A stretch of DNA of 64,000 bases, taken from positions 32,001 to 96,000 of the forward strand of contig JAUVXW010000002.1 in NCBI GenBank assembly GCA_030603385.1, written 5' to 3'. The translations under genes and the position numbers were made by a program. This DNA comes from Promethearchaeota archaeon (GTDB lineage: Archaea > Asgardarchaeota > Lokiarchaeia > Sigyniarchaeales > SOKP01). The notes beneath the pieces were generated by a model that was given only the letters and a program-made list of their open reading frames with translations, was not told where the DNA came from and searched no databases. Below, piece by piece: positions 10,176 through 20,375 of the stretch; positions within the stretch are counted from its first letter, which is position 1; each line of letters opens with the position of its first letter.

Positions 10176-11456
10176 TTAGACTTTCCCTAAAATATGTACA
10201 CAAAGTGCTGCTTCTCCAGGACCTAAATTACCTCCTCCATTATGAGCTAGAGCTATTTTAGCATTCTTAATCTGTCTTTTACCAGCTTCACCACGTAATT
10301 GTGTGACCAATTCATACAATTGTGCAAGTCCAGATGCTCCAATAGGATGTCCTCGAGCTAAAAGACCACCACTAGGGTTAACAGCTACTTTTCCATCGAG
10401 TTGTGTAGCACCACTTTCAATAAATGGTCCACCTTGTCCAACAGGGCAGAAGCCTAACTTTTCAATTATATCAAGTTCTGCGTACGCAGTTGCATCATGA
10501 ACCTCTGCTACATCAATATCTTCTGGACCAAGCCCAGCCATTTCATAAGCAGCAGTAGAAGCAACCCCAATTGCATTATATGGTTTCAATGAACCTGATC
10601 TTAATATTGAGGCTCGCACTATAATTGCTCTTTTCTTTAATTCTGGGGTTTTTTCTAAGTATTTCTCTGAACAAAGTATCGCTGCAGCAGACCCATCTCC
10701 GATTGGAGCACACATTGCTCTTGTTAATGGATAAGCAACAACGTAATCTTCCATAACTTGCTCTACAGTCTGAGGAAATGTATACTGAGCTAAAGGATTC
10801 ATTGTAGAATTATTATGATTTTTTGCTGCGATCATAGCAATTTGCTTTTGGGTGGTTCCATACCTCTTCATGTGAGCTCGAGCCCCCATTGCATAAAAAT
10901 CCATAAATATGCTGTGATCCTTATTTTTTGGCTTATCTCCTTTACCCTTTTCCTTTGTCGCTTGTTTATTTCCCTCTGCAATTTGCTTTTTCAATTGATC
11001 TATCATGTTAAGAGTAGCTTCAACATCTGTACCAGATATAAAGCCTGACATTCTACCAAGTCCAGGTATCCCCCCGCCAGACACTCGGGGGGGTTTATCG
11101 AAATACATTTTTTCAGTACCAACTGCTAATGCAACATCATACATCCCAGCTTTAACAGAGATGAATGCATTATTAAAGGCAGTGCTACCGCCAGCGCATG
11201 CATTTTCTACATTTGTAATGGGGATTTTATCAATACCATGTGCACTTAGTGCTACTTGGCCTCGAATACAATGTTGATATTCAGATTGACCCCAACCTGA
11301 ATTACTAAACCAAGCGGCGTCTAAATCACTTTTATTTAGACCACAATCCTTTATGGCTAACTCAACAGATTCACCAGTCATACTTTTCATGGTTTTATCA
11401 GGATTCTTGCCGAATTTGATGTGTCCAACCCCAATAACATATATTTTTTCACTCAT
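10176..11456 (-). CDS. thiolase family protein (SCP-x/archaeal type)
   Basis: VENACAGG, EVHDA, NPSGGL..RGHPIGASG, HNGGG. Confidence 0.93.
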   Translation of the reverse strand: MSEKIYVIGVGHIKFGKNPDKTMKSMTGESVELAIKDCGLNKSDLDAAWFSNSGWGQSEYQHCIRGQVALSAHGIDKIPITNVENACAGGSTAFNNAFISVKAGMYDVALAVGTEKMYFDKPPRVSGGGIPGLGRMSGFISGTDVEATLNMIDQLKKQIAEGNKQATKEKGKGDKPKNKDHSIFMDFYAMGARAHMKRYGTTQKQIAMIAAKNHNNSTMNPLAQYTFPQTVEQVMEDYVVAYPLTRAMCAPIGDGSAAAILCSEKYLEKTPELKKRAIIVRASILRSGSLKPYNAIGVASTAAYEMAGLGPEDIDVAEVHDATAYAELDIIEKLGFCPVGQGGPFIESGATQLDGKVAVNPSGGLLARGHPIGASGLAQLYELVTQLRGEAGKRQIKNAKIALAHNGGGNLGPGEAALCVHILGKV

Positions 11457-11633
11457 TTGTAATTATCACTTATTTTTACTTTGTTTTATCAAAATTAATA
11501 AGAAAATAAGAATCTTCTCTTTAAGACAATTAAAGATGTGCTTGATAATACATTTAGTTACATGAATATACTTAGAATAATAAATCAGAAATTAAAAAAA
11601 AATTAATTAAAATAAGAAAAAGAATTAATAAAT

Positions 11634-12143
11634 TTAACAACATCCACCATCGTGGCTATGCTCATGTCCAGATCCACAACCACATGCGGTAGGTGGATCA
11701 GGTTCACAATCTGTTTCGACAATCTTGATTTTAAAATTTAGAACTTTACCTGCCATAGGATGATTTAAATCGATAATTACCTCATCCTCTTCAATTGATT
11801 TTATTGAAGCGGGCATTTGACCCTGTGGTCCCATAACCATCAACATTAAACCAGGTTGGAGGTCAACTCCCTTAGGAAATTGTGCTTTTGGAACTCTTTG
11901 AGTTATTCCTTCCTTAAGTTCACCGTATGCTTCGGAAGGCTCGAGTTTGATTGTATATTCATCGCCAATATTCTTATCTATAACAGAGTCATCGAATCCC
12001 TTAACAAGTTGCCCCATTCCTACTTGAAATTTTAAGGGGGCCCCTCCATTTACTTCTGTACTATCAAAAACCGTTCCATCGTTAAAAGTCCCTATGTATT
12101 CGACTTTAATCCATTCTCCTTTTTTTACTGCCATTCTTATCAA
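11634..12143 (-). CDS. slyD: FKBP-type peptidyl-prolyl isomerase (SlyD-like)
   Basis: DGTVFDS, PSEAYG, DLNHPMAGKVL, Cys/His-rich tail. Confidence 0.92.
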   Translation of the reverse strand: MIRMAVKKGEWIKVEYIGTFNDGTVFDSTEVNGGAPLKFQVGMGQLVKGFDDSVIDKNIGDEYTIKLEPSEAYGELKEGITQRVPKAQFPKGVDLQPGLMLMVMGPQGQMPASIKSIEEDEVIIDLNHPMAGKVLNFKIKIVETDCEPDPPTACGCGSGHEHSHDGGCC

Positions 12144-12344
12144 ATTTTTAAGTATTAAGAAGATAATCGAATGATGACTTAAGAGTTAATTGATTATAAT
12201 TTAATAATATTGAACTATTAATGGTGCCACGTGCACCATTAGATGTGGAAGGCTTAGAATAAATTAAATACATATTATTCAAGGTGTCTATGATCGCTGT
12301 AGATAAGGAAATTTAAGCAATTAGATTAGAAAATTAGTTAATTC

Positions 12345-12890
12345 TCACAATTTTTTTATAGCTTCTAATCCCGCATTATAAGCTTTTGTCATCAAATTAC
12401 CATTGTTTTTAACTTCACCCCGTCGGTTAAAACCTGGTGCAAGTACGGTTTCAATTAACTCTATACTTAAGTAATTTAAAACATCTGTAAGAAGCCCAGT
12501 TGTGTGTCGTGCGTACCTTTCATGACCTCCACCTAATGGGATTACAAGTATAACATGTTTTCCCTTGAAGGTTTGGTGTTTTGGGTGATACCATCTATCT
12601 AAAAAGGTTTTAAATTGCGCTGTCGGACCCCACCAATATATAGGGGTACCTAAAATCCACAACTCACTTTGTTCCATTTTATCTAGTAGTGCTGGCATAT
12701 CATCTTTATGCATGCAATTTCCTGTTTTATGACAAGTATTACATGCCTGACAAGGTTTAATGTCTAATTTATTCAATATAACTTTTTCAATTGATGCTCC
12801 CGCTTCTTTTGCTCCAGCCAATACTTCATCTACTAATATTTCAGTGTTTCCACCAAGTCGAGGACTCCCAACAATTCCTAAAACTTGCAT
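12345..12890 (-). CDS. iron-sulfur flavoprotein / flavodoxin family
   Basis: GSPRLGGNT, CQACNTC..C, TPIYW, FLDR. Confidence 0.9.
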   Translation of the reverse strand: MQVLGIVGSPRLGGNTEILVDEVLAGAKEAGASIEKVILNKLDIKPCQACNTCHKTGNCMHKDDMPALLDKMEQSELWILGTPIYWWGPTAQFKTFLDRWYHPKHQTFKGKHVILVIPLGGGHERYARHTTGLLTDVLNYLSIELIETVLAPGFNRRGEVKNNGNLMTKAYNAGLEAIKKL

Positions 12891-13020
12891 AATTATACTA
12901 TTATAATTAGCTTAAAATAGTTATCGATTAGTCAAGGAGTAGGTCTGAAGCATTTTAAAATGGAGAAAAAAATAGAAAAATAAAAAAAAATGTCTTTTTA
13001 TCTGTTTTAAAATAAATTTA

Positions 13021-13971
13021 TTATGAAATATCACGTTTTTTCAAGTATAGTGCCCCAACAACTAAAAAGACCACCGCAATCACAATTAAATAAATAAACG
13101 AAACCAGAGGATCATAGTAATTAGTTCTCTCATAGTCACCCCCACCTTCCCAATCAATTGTAGTAATACCAAACATCCAAAAAATTTGGCCAAAATAATC
13201 CAAAATTTCCGGAACAAATGATTCTCCGATCCATAAAAAAATATTAGCAAAATGATAACCAAGGTCGAAATTATACAGTAAGTATTTTTCATACCAATTT
13301 TTTCCTCCGGGCATAAATAAGAGTGGCTTAAACATCATCATAACAAGAAACGAAAAGATTACCAACGCAAGCGGGAGCATTAAGACATTTCGAGGCCTTC
13401 TAAATATCGATGAGAAACCCATAGTTACTCCTCCAAAGAACAATGTAATAACTAAGGAATAGAGAAGGAATATCCCAAAATATTCACCAATATCAGCGAA
13501 AGGAAATTTTATTACTGCGAATAAGGAAATTATAGATAAACTCAGAAAACTTACTACTATTCCAAATACATAAAGAGCGATAAATTTACTCAGTACTATT
13601 CTTGTTCGATTAATTGGTTTGCTTACTAGAAATAACAATGTTCCCGATCTTAATTCTTCAGAAATTAAGGGTCCTGTAGCACCTATAATAATAATTGGAA
13701 ACATAATAGCAAAATTATAATACCATGTAGTAAATCCTAATAATTGTACTACATATTCATCCCCAGAAAGTACATCAGATGGTGTGAAAGCTAATATTAA
13801 TGCAGGAACTAGCACCATAAAAACAACAGACATTATAAGTCTTTTTACAGTACATAAATCAAAAATTAGCGTCTTTTTGAACAATGCGAAAGAGGGTGTT
13901 GAGCTTATTCCGGGAAATGGATTTATTTCTCTAAGTTTTGGTTTAACTGGATTGGATTCGGTAGCATTCAT
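13021..13971 (-). CDS. ABC-2 type transporter permease
   Basis: ISEELRSGTL...KPINR..IVLSKF; C-terminal KKRDI; multi-TM; ATGA overlap with the ATPase gene. Confidence 0.88.
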   Translation of the reverse strand: MNATESNPVKPKLREINPFPGISSTPSFALFKKTLIFDLCTVKRLIMSVVFMVLVPALILAFTPSDVLSGDEYVVQLLGFTTWYYNFAIMFPIIIIGATGPLISEELRSGTLLFLVSKPINRTRIVLSKFIALYVFGIVVSFLSLSIISLFAVIKFPFADIGEYFGIFLLYSLVITLFFGGVTMGFSSIFRRPRNVLMLPLALVIFSFLVMMMFKPLLFMPGGKNWYEKYLLYNFDLGYHFANIFLWIGESFVPEILDYFGQIFWMFGITTIDWEGGGDYERTNYYDPLVSFIYLIVIAVVFLVVGALYLKKRDIS

Positions 13972-14954
13972 TCATTATTCACCTCCTCTTCCATTATTTC
14001 GATAAATATATCCTGTAAAGACGTTTCAGGTTGATGAAACTCTCGTAAAATTACGTTATTATCTATAATCATTTTAGGAATAGCCTTCTGAAGCATTTCG
14101 ATATCTTTTGATAATATGTATATTTTTTTATCATTCTCATCAATCCAGGTATTAGTAACAAAATCCTTTTCCTTCAATTGTTGAATTACTCTTTCATTTG
14201 AACTTGTGTCTAAAATAATGATGTTGCGACCCCCTTTGATAGAATGCATCTTTTTAATATTCTTAATAGTATCTGCTAGGACTATTTTTCCTTTATTAAT
14301 CATCGTGACGTTTACGCACATTTGTTCTATTTCAGATAATATATGGCTTGAAACAAAAACACTCACTTCTTTTGATAATGTTTTAATATCACCTATAACC
14401 TTTTTTCGTCCTATAGGATCTAAATTCGATGTTGGTTCATCCAATATTAATATCTCGGGTTCATGTATGAGAGCTGCTGCAATACCGACTCGTTGTTTCA
14501 TTCCTTCTGAATATTTTTCAATTCTTCTTTCTCGAGCACCCATTAATTCTAATTTCTCTAGCAATTCAAGAGTTCTTTTCTTAGCTTCACTGCTTCTCAA
14601 TCCACTTAGTTCTCCTATATAATTTAAATATTGTTCTCCACTCATATTATCATAAAATGCGGGATCCTGAGGTAAAAATCCTATTATTCGGCGCGCTCTT
14701 AAAGAACCAGCATCTTTACCTTTAATACTTGCTTTACCTTCTGTAATTGAAATTGCCCCTATTAGCATATTGATTGTTGAAGTTTTTCCTGCACCGTTTG
14801 GACCTAAAAAACCATGAACTCCTGGTTCCGTAGAAATATCAATTTTATTCACTGCCTTTAAACTAGTTTCTCCCCGTCCATAAATTTTGGTCAGTTTATG
14901 AGTCCAAATTTCTGGTGTTGAAGATTTTTCTTCGATCATTTTTTTTTGCACCAA
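13968..14954 (-). CDS. ABC transporter ATP-binding protein
   Basis: GPNGAGKTS, YSEGMKQR, ILDEP, SSH. Confidence 0.95.
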   Translation of the reverse strand: MVQKKMIEEKSSTPEIWTHKLTKIYGRGETSLKAVNKIDISTEPGVHGFLGPNGAGKTSTINMLIGAISITEGKASIKGKDAGSLRARRIIGFLPQDPAFYDNMSGEQYLNYIGELSGLRSSEAKKRTLELLEKLELMGARERRIEKYSEGMKQRVGIAAALIHEPEILILDEPTSNLDPIGRKKVIGDIKTLSKEVSVFVSSHILSEIEQMCVNVTMINKGKIVLADTIKNIKKMHSIKGGRNIIILDTSSNERVIQQLKEKDFVTNTWIDENDKKIYILSKDIEMLQKAIPKMIIDNNVILREFHQPETSLQDIFIEIMEEEVNNE

Positions 14955-15112
14955 AATTTAAAAATTTATTTTTAAAAAATGGATAATTCGTATGGTTTTT
15001 TAATATGCGTTATATTAAATGTTTTCTGATTTACAACTTATTCAAGAAAAATTTTATTGATATTAGCATTAAAAGCTATTTTTACTTCCTGTTTGGTCTT
15101 TTTTAAAGAAAA

Positions 15113-15811
15113 CTAAAGATCATAAAGATAAGCTCTTCCTCTTTTTCCAATTACTTTAAGCATTCCCATTTTTCTTAAGCAATAGCTCATTTTTCGAGCT
15201 AATCTTAAAGGTTTCTTAAGTGAATGTGCTAATTCAAAATTAGTAAAAGGAGGTTCTAAACTTTTAGGAATGAAATTTAAGAAGTCAGATGGATTTCTAA
15301 ATTCCTTCCTTTCTAACACACTTATTAATTTTTTATCATAAATACTCCAACCTTTTCTTCTCCAACTCCCGTTGCCACTATTTTCACGAACTTCTTCTAT
15401 TTGAACCAAAATTATTTCAATTTCGAAATTTGGATGAGAAATCATATCTGGGATTCTAATCAATTCCTCAAAAATATCTATATAAGAACAATGTTTTGGA
15501 GATAATCTTCTTCGAATAGTTTTATCCAATTGAGTATCTATATTAATAATCCATTTATCCTGAACAATAGGATGAACTAAACGAACTTTATGATTTTGTA
15601 CTAGTTTTTCAAGCTTTCTTCTAATATTGGAAAAATTAGCTGTTTGTATCTCAATTAAAAAATCATCTCGGACAATATCTATTACAAAATTTTCAACCCG
15701 CTTTTCTAGTTGATCATGAGATTCACTAAGTAACCATTTTAAATCAGCATGAAGAGTACTTTCGTGTAATGTTCCAATGTTATGTGGTTTACTTAAAATT
15801 AGTTCTTTCAC
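15113..15811 (-). CDS. conserved protein, PD-(D/E)XK nuclease-like
   Basis: ESTLHADLK...VIDI...IEIQT nuclease-like motif, C-terminal wHTH-like segment. Confidence 0.6.
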   Translation of the reverse strand: MKELILSKPHNIGTLHESTLHADLKWLLSESHDQLEKRVENFVIDIVRDDFLIEIQTANFSNIRRKLEKLVQNHKVRLVHPIVQDKWIINIDTQLDKTIRRRLSPKHCSYIDIFEELIRIPDMISHPNFEIEIILVQIEEVRENSGNGSWRRKGWSIYDKKLISVLERKEFRNPSDFLNFIPKSLEPPFTNFELAHSLKKPLRLARKMSYCLRKMGMLKVIGKRGRAYLYDL

Positions 15812-15942
15812 TTTATCATTGATATAAAAATTTTAAATTAAAATGGACATAATATCGAAATGTTCTCAATAAAAAATGGTCTATTCAAATTATTATTATG
15901 ATTAATTGTGATTTTTTAATCTAAAATCTTATCTCTTGATTC

Positions 15943-16761
15943 TTATAAACCAATCAAATCTTTTAATTTGTTAAATTCATCTTCTTGAGCTTTTTCCATT
16001 TCATTTTTTTCAAAATCTACTTCTTGTTTCCAATTCATCTTTTTTAATTTTTCATCAGCCATCAAACCAAGCTCAGTTATATAATAACTTTTAGCAGGCG
16101 AAAATTCTCTAAGAAATCCCTTTTTTTTTAGTTCGGTGAAAAGATGCCATCCTTTCGTACCTTTGGTACATTTATTTAAATAATTAAGAATTTTTTTATG
16201 AATAACTCCATTAATATCTTCAGTTCTTTTATTAAAAATAATTTCTTTATCATTCCGAACATATAATAGAAAATCATGAAGTGGATCATTTTGCTTTTTC
16301 TCTTGTAATTCTCCAACTATATTATTATAGTCTTCCTTTTCGATCTCCATGTCATCTAGTTCCCCTATTGACTGTTTAGCAAATTCAAGGCAAATGCGTA
16401 GCTTTTCTTCGTAATCATTGCATCCTTCTTCTGGGGTTATACTTTCTGTTAGTTCTATGAGTTCATTTTTCTTTCTTTTCCTTCTCCGGATCTCAACTTT
16501 TAGAAAATCTATTTTTTCTTGATATTTCTCATAAAAATAATTCTCAAATTTGTCAAGATAAAAGATATAGGTTTTTACAGCATTCTGATCAATTATTAAT
16601 CCTTTATCTATTAGAGGTCGAATTTCAGCATATTTTCTGTTAATATCCCCCAAAAACACCGAAGTTCTCTTTGTAGATCTCTTAAAATAACTAATTAATT
16701 CAATATTTTTTACATTATCATCAAATATCATCTCTATTCGTTGTTCAAGAGATTTTTCCAT
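15943..16761 (-). CDS. hypothetical protein (coiled, C-terminal wHTH-like)
   Basis: 272-aa ORF; LKKKGFL...YYITELG. Confidence 0.6.
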   Translation of the reverse strand: MEKSLEQRIEMIFDDNVKNIELISYFKRSTKRTSVFLGDINRKYAEIRPLIDKGLIIDQNAVKTYIFYLDKFENYFYEKYQEKIDFLKVEIRRRKRKKNELIELTESITPEEGCNDYEEKLRICLEFAKQSIGELDDMEIEKEDYNNIVGELQEKKQNDPLHDFLLYVRNDKEIIFNKRTEDINGVIHKKILNYLNKCTKGTKGWHLFTELKKKGFLREFSPAKSYYITELGLMADEKLKKMNWKQEVDFEKNEMEKAQEDEFNKLKDLIGL

Positions 16762-16863
16762 AATCTATTGTATAGTGTCACTACAATTTTAAAATATTAT
16801 TTAATTCGATAGTAATTTCGTTATCAAAGTTTCTTAATATATTAGAATATAATTGGATTTACT

Positions 16864-18285
16864 CTAGAATTGAATGGGTTTGTATTTGATTTGTGATTCT
16901 TTACCACGTTCTATATAAAAAAAGTCAGATTTCTCTGGTTTAAACTCATTATTTAAGAATTCAATTACTTTCAACCCTTTCGAATAATCATCACAAATAA
17001 AAATATCTATGCTAATATACCCATGTTCTGGCCACGTATGAATTGCAGCATGACTGGTTTCTAAAACTGCAATAGCACTATATCCATGAGGTTTGTAATA
17101 ATGATTGTAGATATCAAGAATTTTTAAATCAGCATTAATAAGAGAATCTAGAAATATTTTTTGAATTATTTCATTTTCCAACAAGAATTCTTGGTTATTA
17201 AAATACATTTCTCCTACAAAATGATATCCTACAGGACGAAAAGGAGATTTAATTATATTTTTTACTTCAGAGGTATATATAGGGAGAGAGGATAAACTAA
17301 TATTGAACTTGTTTTGTGGAGTTATTACTGATTGTAGGTAGTAAAGATGACTAAATTTTCCAATTATACTTGCACCCTCATAATGATTGAAATCAGGTAT
17401 CATTTCATTAATAATGAATCCATGATCTAATATTGATAATTGTAATTTCTGCATCTGTTCTGGAGGTTTATTTCCAAAACTAAGAAAACACTTCTTTCCT
17501 ACTACCGGATGATCTTTACCATCGATATTGATTGTGGATTTTAACACTTGCTTTGCTCTTTTCAAAAATAATCTTAATCCTTCATTAGTATAAGGAGGGT
17601 CCGTTACAACTATATCGTATTTATTAACTATCTCATTTGGGCACGGTTTTCTTAAATCATGGGAGAGAACGTTAGAATTCTTTAATGAGAGTTTTTCTGC
17701 TGATTGCGAGAGAAAATCTAAGATTCTATCATCAATATCAACAATTGTGATTTCTTTTGCTAATTTGGTTAATCCTATGGCTAATGAGATAATATCATCA
17801 TCACCTAAGAAAATCAGCTTTCTTCCCTCGATATCTCCTTTCTTTAGCAAGTACAGCGTCTTTTTTATCACTGTCGAGAAATCAGCATGGGATTGGTCAA
17901 GGGCATATTCAGGAGTTGGTCGATTCTTAAGAAACTCTTTGATTTTATTTAGATAAGCAAATTCTTTTGGTAGTTCTTTTATAGTACTATCGAAATTATC
18001 CGGAACAGGATCATAATCAAAGTTCAGATTTAATTTTGATTTTACCCATTCTCTACCCTTTTCGCCAAGGAAGTTCCTTTTCTCAATAATTCCAGCTTTT
18101 ACTAACTCATTTCTTACAGCAGCAAGTGTAGGAATTGCAATTCCTGTTTTCTGCGATAATATTTTATTTTTAAGGGAAGGAAATCGATACATAAATAACA
18201 AAATTGAGCGAACTCCTTCAACACTTTCAGCTAAATGAGCTCTTTCAGCCACCAATGTCAGTACTTTTTCTGCTTCTTCAACCAT
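16864..18285 (-). CDS. BpsA-type (DUF43) aminopropyltransferase fused to S-adenosylmethionine decarboxylase proenzyme
   Basis: FLGDDD, VDIDDR, TDPPYT; C-terminal GYH...PHGYSAIAVLETSHAAIHTWPEHGYISIDIFIC. Confidence 0.88.
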   Translation of the reverse strand: MVEEAEKVLTLVAERAHLAESVEGVRSILLFMYRFPSLKNKILSQKTGIAIPTLAAVRNELVKAGIIEKRNFLGEKGREWVKSKLNLNFDYDPVPDNFDSTIKELPKEFAYLNKIKEFLKNRPTPEYALDQSHADFSTVIKKTLYLLKKGDIEGRKLIFLGDDDIISLAIGLTKLAKEITIVDIDDRILDFLSQSAEKLSLKNSNVLSHDLRKPCPNEIVNKYDIVVTDPPYTNEGLRLFLKRAKQVLKSTINIDGKDHPVVGKKCFLSFGNKPPEQMQKLQLSILDHGFIINEMIPDFNHYEGASIIGKFSHLYYLQSVITPQNKFNISLSSLPIYTSEVKNIIKSPFRPVGYHFVGEMYFNNQEFLLENEIIQKIFLDSLINADLKILDIYNHYYKPHGYSAIAVLETSHAAIHTWPEHGYISIDIFICDDYSKGLKVIEFLNNEFKPEKSDFFYIERGKESQIKYKPIQF

Positions 18286-18534
18286 TATCTATTTGCTTTA
18301 ATGATTATAATTTCAATTCCATGAATTATAGTTTCTTTTCTTTTTTCTTTTTTATGATTATATAATAAATTAATATAAAAAAATAGATATTCCTCTAAAA
18401 GATCCGAAGCCATTGAAATTAGTTTTTAAAAAAGTAAATATTTATGAGCTACAAGACATAACATTCTATATCCTTTTTAGAGAAGAGGAGTTATTCAAGA
18501 TATTATCAAACATAAAGATTTAAATGATGTTAGG

Positions 18535-18963
18535 ATGGTAGATAATAATTTAGTAGCTCCATGTGGAATATATTGTGGAGCTTGTAGACAATATCTTCTC
18601 TGGAAAAAGGATTTACTTGAAGAGAGAGGTTATAAAATAGGATGTAAGGGATGTAGAATCAGAAATAAAAACTGTGCTTTTATCAGAAGAGATTGCTCAG
18701 CGCTTAGAAAGAAGGAAATTGAGTTTTGCTATGAATGCAATAAATTTCCTTGTCAAAATTTAAAAAAAATTGATTCTCATTATCAAGAAAGGTATAATGT
18801 TAATATGATTAATAACTTAAAAAGAATTGAAGAGATAGGAGCCGAAAATTGGCTAAAAGAGCAAGTGGATCTCTATACTTGTCCTGAATGTCAGGGTGAA
18901 ATTTGCGTTCACGATGCGGAATGCTATGATTGTGGTAAGAAAATTAATCCAAATAAAACATAA
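18535..18963 (+). CDS. DUF3795 Cys-rich protein
   Basis: APCGIYCGAC...CKGC...FCYECNKFPC, C-terminal CPEC. Confidence 0.85.
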   Translation: MVDNNLVAPCGIYCGACRQYLLWKKDLLEERGYKIGCKGCRIRNKNCAFIRRDCSALRKKEIEFCYECNKFPCQNLKKIDSHYQERYNVNMINNLKRIEEIGAENWLKEQVDLYTCPECQGEICVHDAECYDCGKKINPNKT

Positions 18964-19028
18964 TGATGTAAAGACTGTCTTGTACGGGTGGAAATATTAT
19001 AAAAATATAATGGAGGAATGAAGAGGAA

Positions 19029-19700
19029 ATGTCTGAAGAAATATTAAGGGCACTGGATGCCGATGGACTACGATCAGTTTTTCTCAAGTATACGAGAAAA
19101 GCATTTGAAAGTATTCCAGAGATGGATAAACCTCGTATCCTCGACATTGGATGCGGCACGGGAATGCCCACTTTAGAGTTAGCGAAGTTAAGTAATGGTG
19201 AGGTAACTGGAATTGACATTGATCAGGGAGCCCTGGATAAATTAAATCTTAAGATTAAGCAAGAAGGTCTTTCAGGCATGATTAAAGTGTATAATCGTTC
19301 AGTATATGATACAAATTTTGAGGATGAGACGTTTGATATCGTTTGGGAGGAAGGAGTCATACATTTGCTTGATCTCACGAAAGCCTTAACAGAATGTAAT
19401 AGAGTGCTGAAACTGAATGGCTTCATGGTTACAGGTGAAGCGACTAACTGGGCAAATAGGAAGCTCAAATATTTCCCTAAATTTGGCTTTAAACTCATCA
19501 AGCAAATACCTTGGGAAAAAGAATGTTGGTGGACACAATATTATTCCCCCTTGGAGGAAAAGATTAATATTTTACGTAAAAAATATGATAATTTCGATGA
19601 TATTGAAGAAATTAAACGTCATGTAATGGAAATCGAGATGGTCAAGAAAGATCCTACGGGATTTGATTGTGTAACTTATATAATGCAAAAAATCAATTAG
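19029..19700 (+). CDS. class I SAM-dependent methyltransferase
   Basis: ILDIGCGTG, FDIVWEEG. Confidence 0.9.
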   Translation: MSEEILRALDADGLRSVFLKYTRKAFESIPEMDKPRILDIGCGTGMPTLELAKLSNGEVTGIDIDQGALDKLNLKIKQEGLSGMIKVYNRSVYDTNFEDETFDIVWEEGVIHLLDLTKALTECNRVLKLNGFMVTGEATNWANRKLKYFPKFGFKLIKQIPWEKECWWTQYYSPLEEKINILRKKYDNFDDIEEIKRHVMEIEMVKKDPTGFDCVTYIMQKIN

Positions 19701-19772
19701 AAAAAGAAATGAGTTAAAAAACGGATGATAAAAGTTGTTGGAGCGACTATTATCCAAAGAAATTTAGTCCAT

Positions 19773-20366
19773 TTAATATCTTTCTTTTATTATTTTATTA
19801 TAAAAATCTAAAATCATTTGATGTCTCTCAACTGCCATTTGTTTTGAGACATCCAAATATAATTGATCTTTAAGTTTCATAATTTTATCTTCCAGGTGTT
19901 CAATAACTTGTTCAAGTCCTCCTTGATTTTTTACTGTAAAACCTATAGTGCGATACAGTCCAACTGCTCCCAGAGCAACCATTTTATCAGCATCTGATAA
20001 GATTTTTGCTTCAAGAGTTCTGGAAACTACATTATTAGAAAAAGAATGTGCCCTTATGCAATGAATGATATTTTCAATATCATTCTGAGTTATGTTAAAA
20101 TCTTCAGATTTTAAGAAATCTAACGCCATATCAGCAGATATTTCAGCATGATTCTTATTAAAAATCGCTTGATTCTCATTACTTCTACCAATATCGTGTA
20201 ATAATGCTGCAATTTTAAGTAATAACAGATTTGCTCCTAGTTCTTTTCCTAACTGGAGACACAAATTAAAAACACGTTCTACATGTGGGAAACCATGAAT
20301 ATCATCTTTTTCTGATTTCTTTAGTGCGTAATCTCTAACAATTGATACTATATCTTTTTCTAACAT
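19773..20366 (-). CDS. HD-domain phosphohydrolase
   Basis: HGFPHVERV, LLHDIGR, HSF, DADK. Confidence 0.9.
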   Translation of the reverse strand: MLEKDIVSIVRDYALKKSEKDDIHGFPHVERVFNLCLQLGKELGANLLLLKIAALLHDIGRSNENQAIFNKNHAEISADMALDFLKSEDFNITQNDIENIIHCIRAHSFSNNVVSRTLEAKILSDADKMVALGAVGLYRTIGFTVKNQGGLEQVIEHLEDKIMKLKDQLYLDVSKQMAVERHQMILDFYNKIIKERY

Positions 20367-20375
20367 AGTTTTTTA

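Noticed and set aside
18375-18525. About 50-codon open frame without ATG and an imperfect CTCTAAAA inverted repeat between the BpsA fusion and DUF3795 genes
   Set aside because: No recognisable motif; expected by chance in AT-rich DNA.
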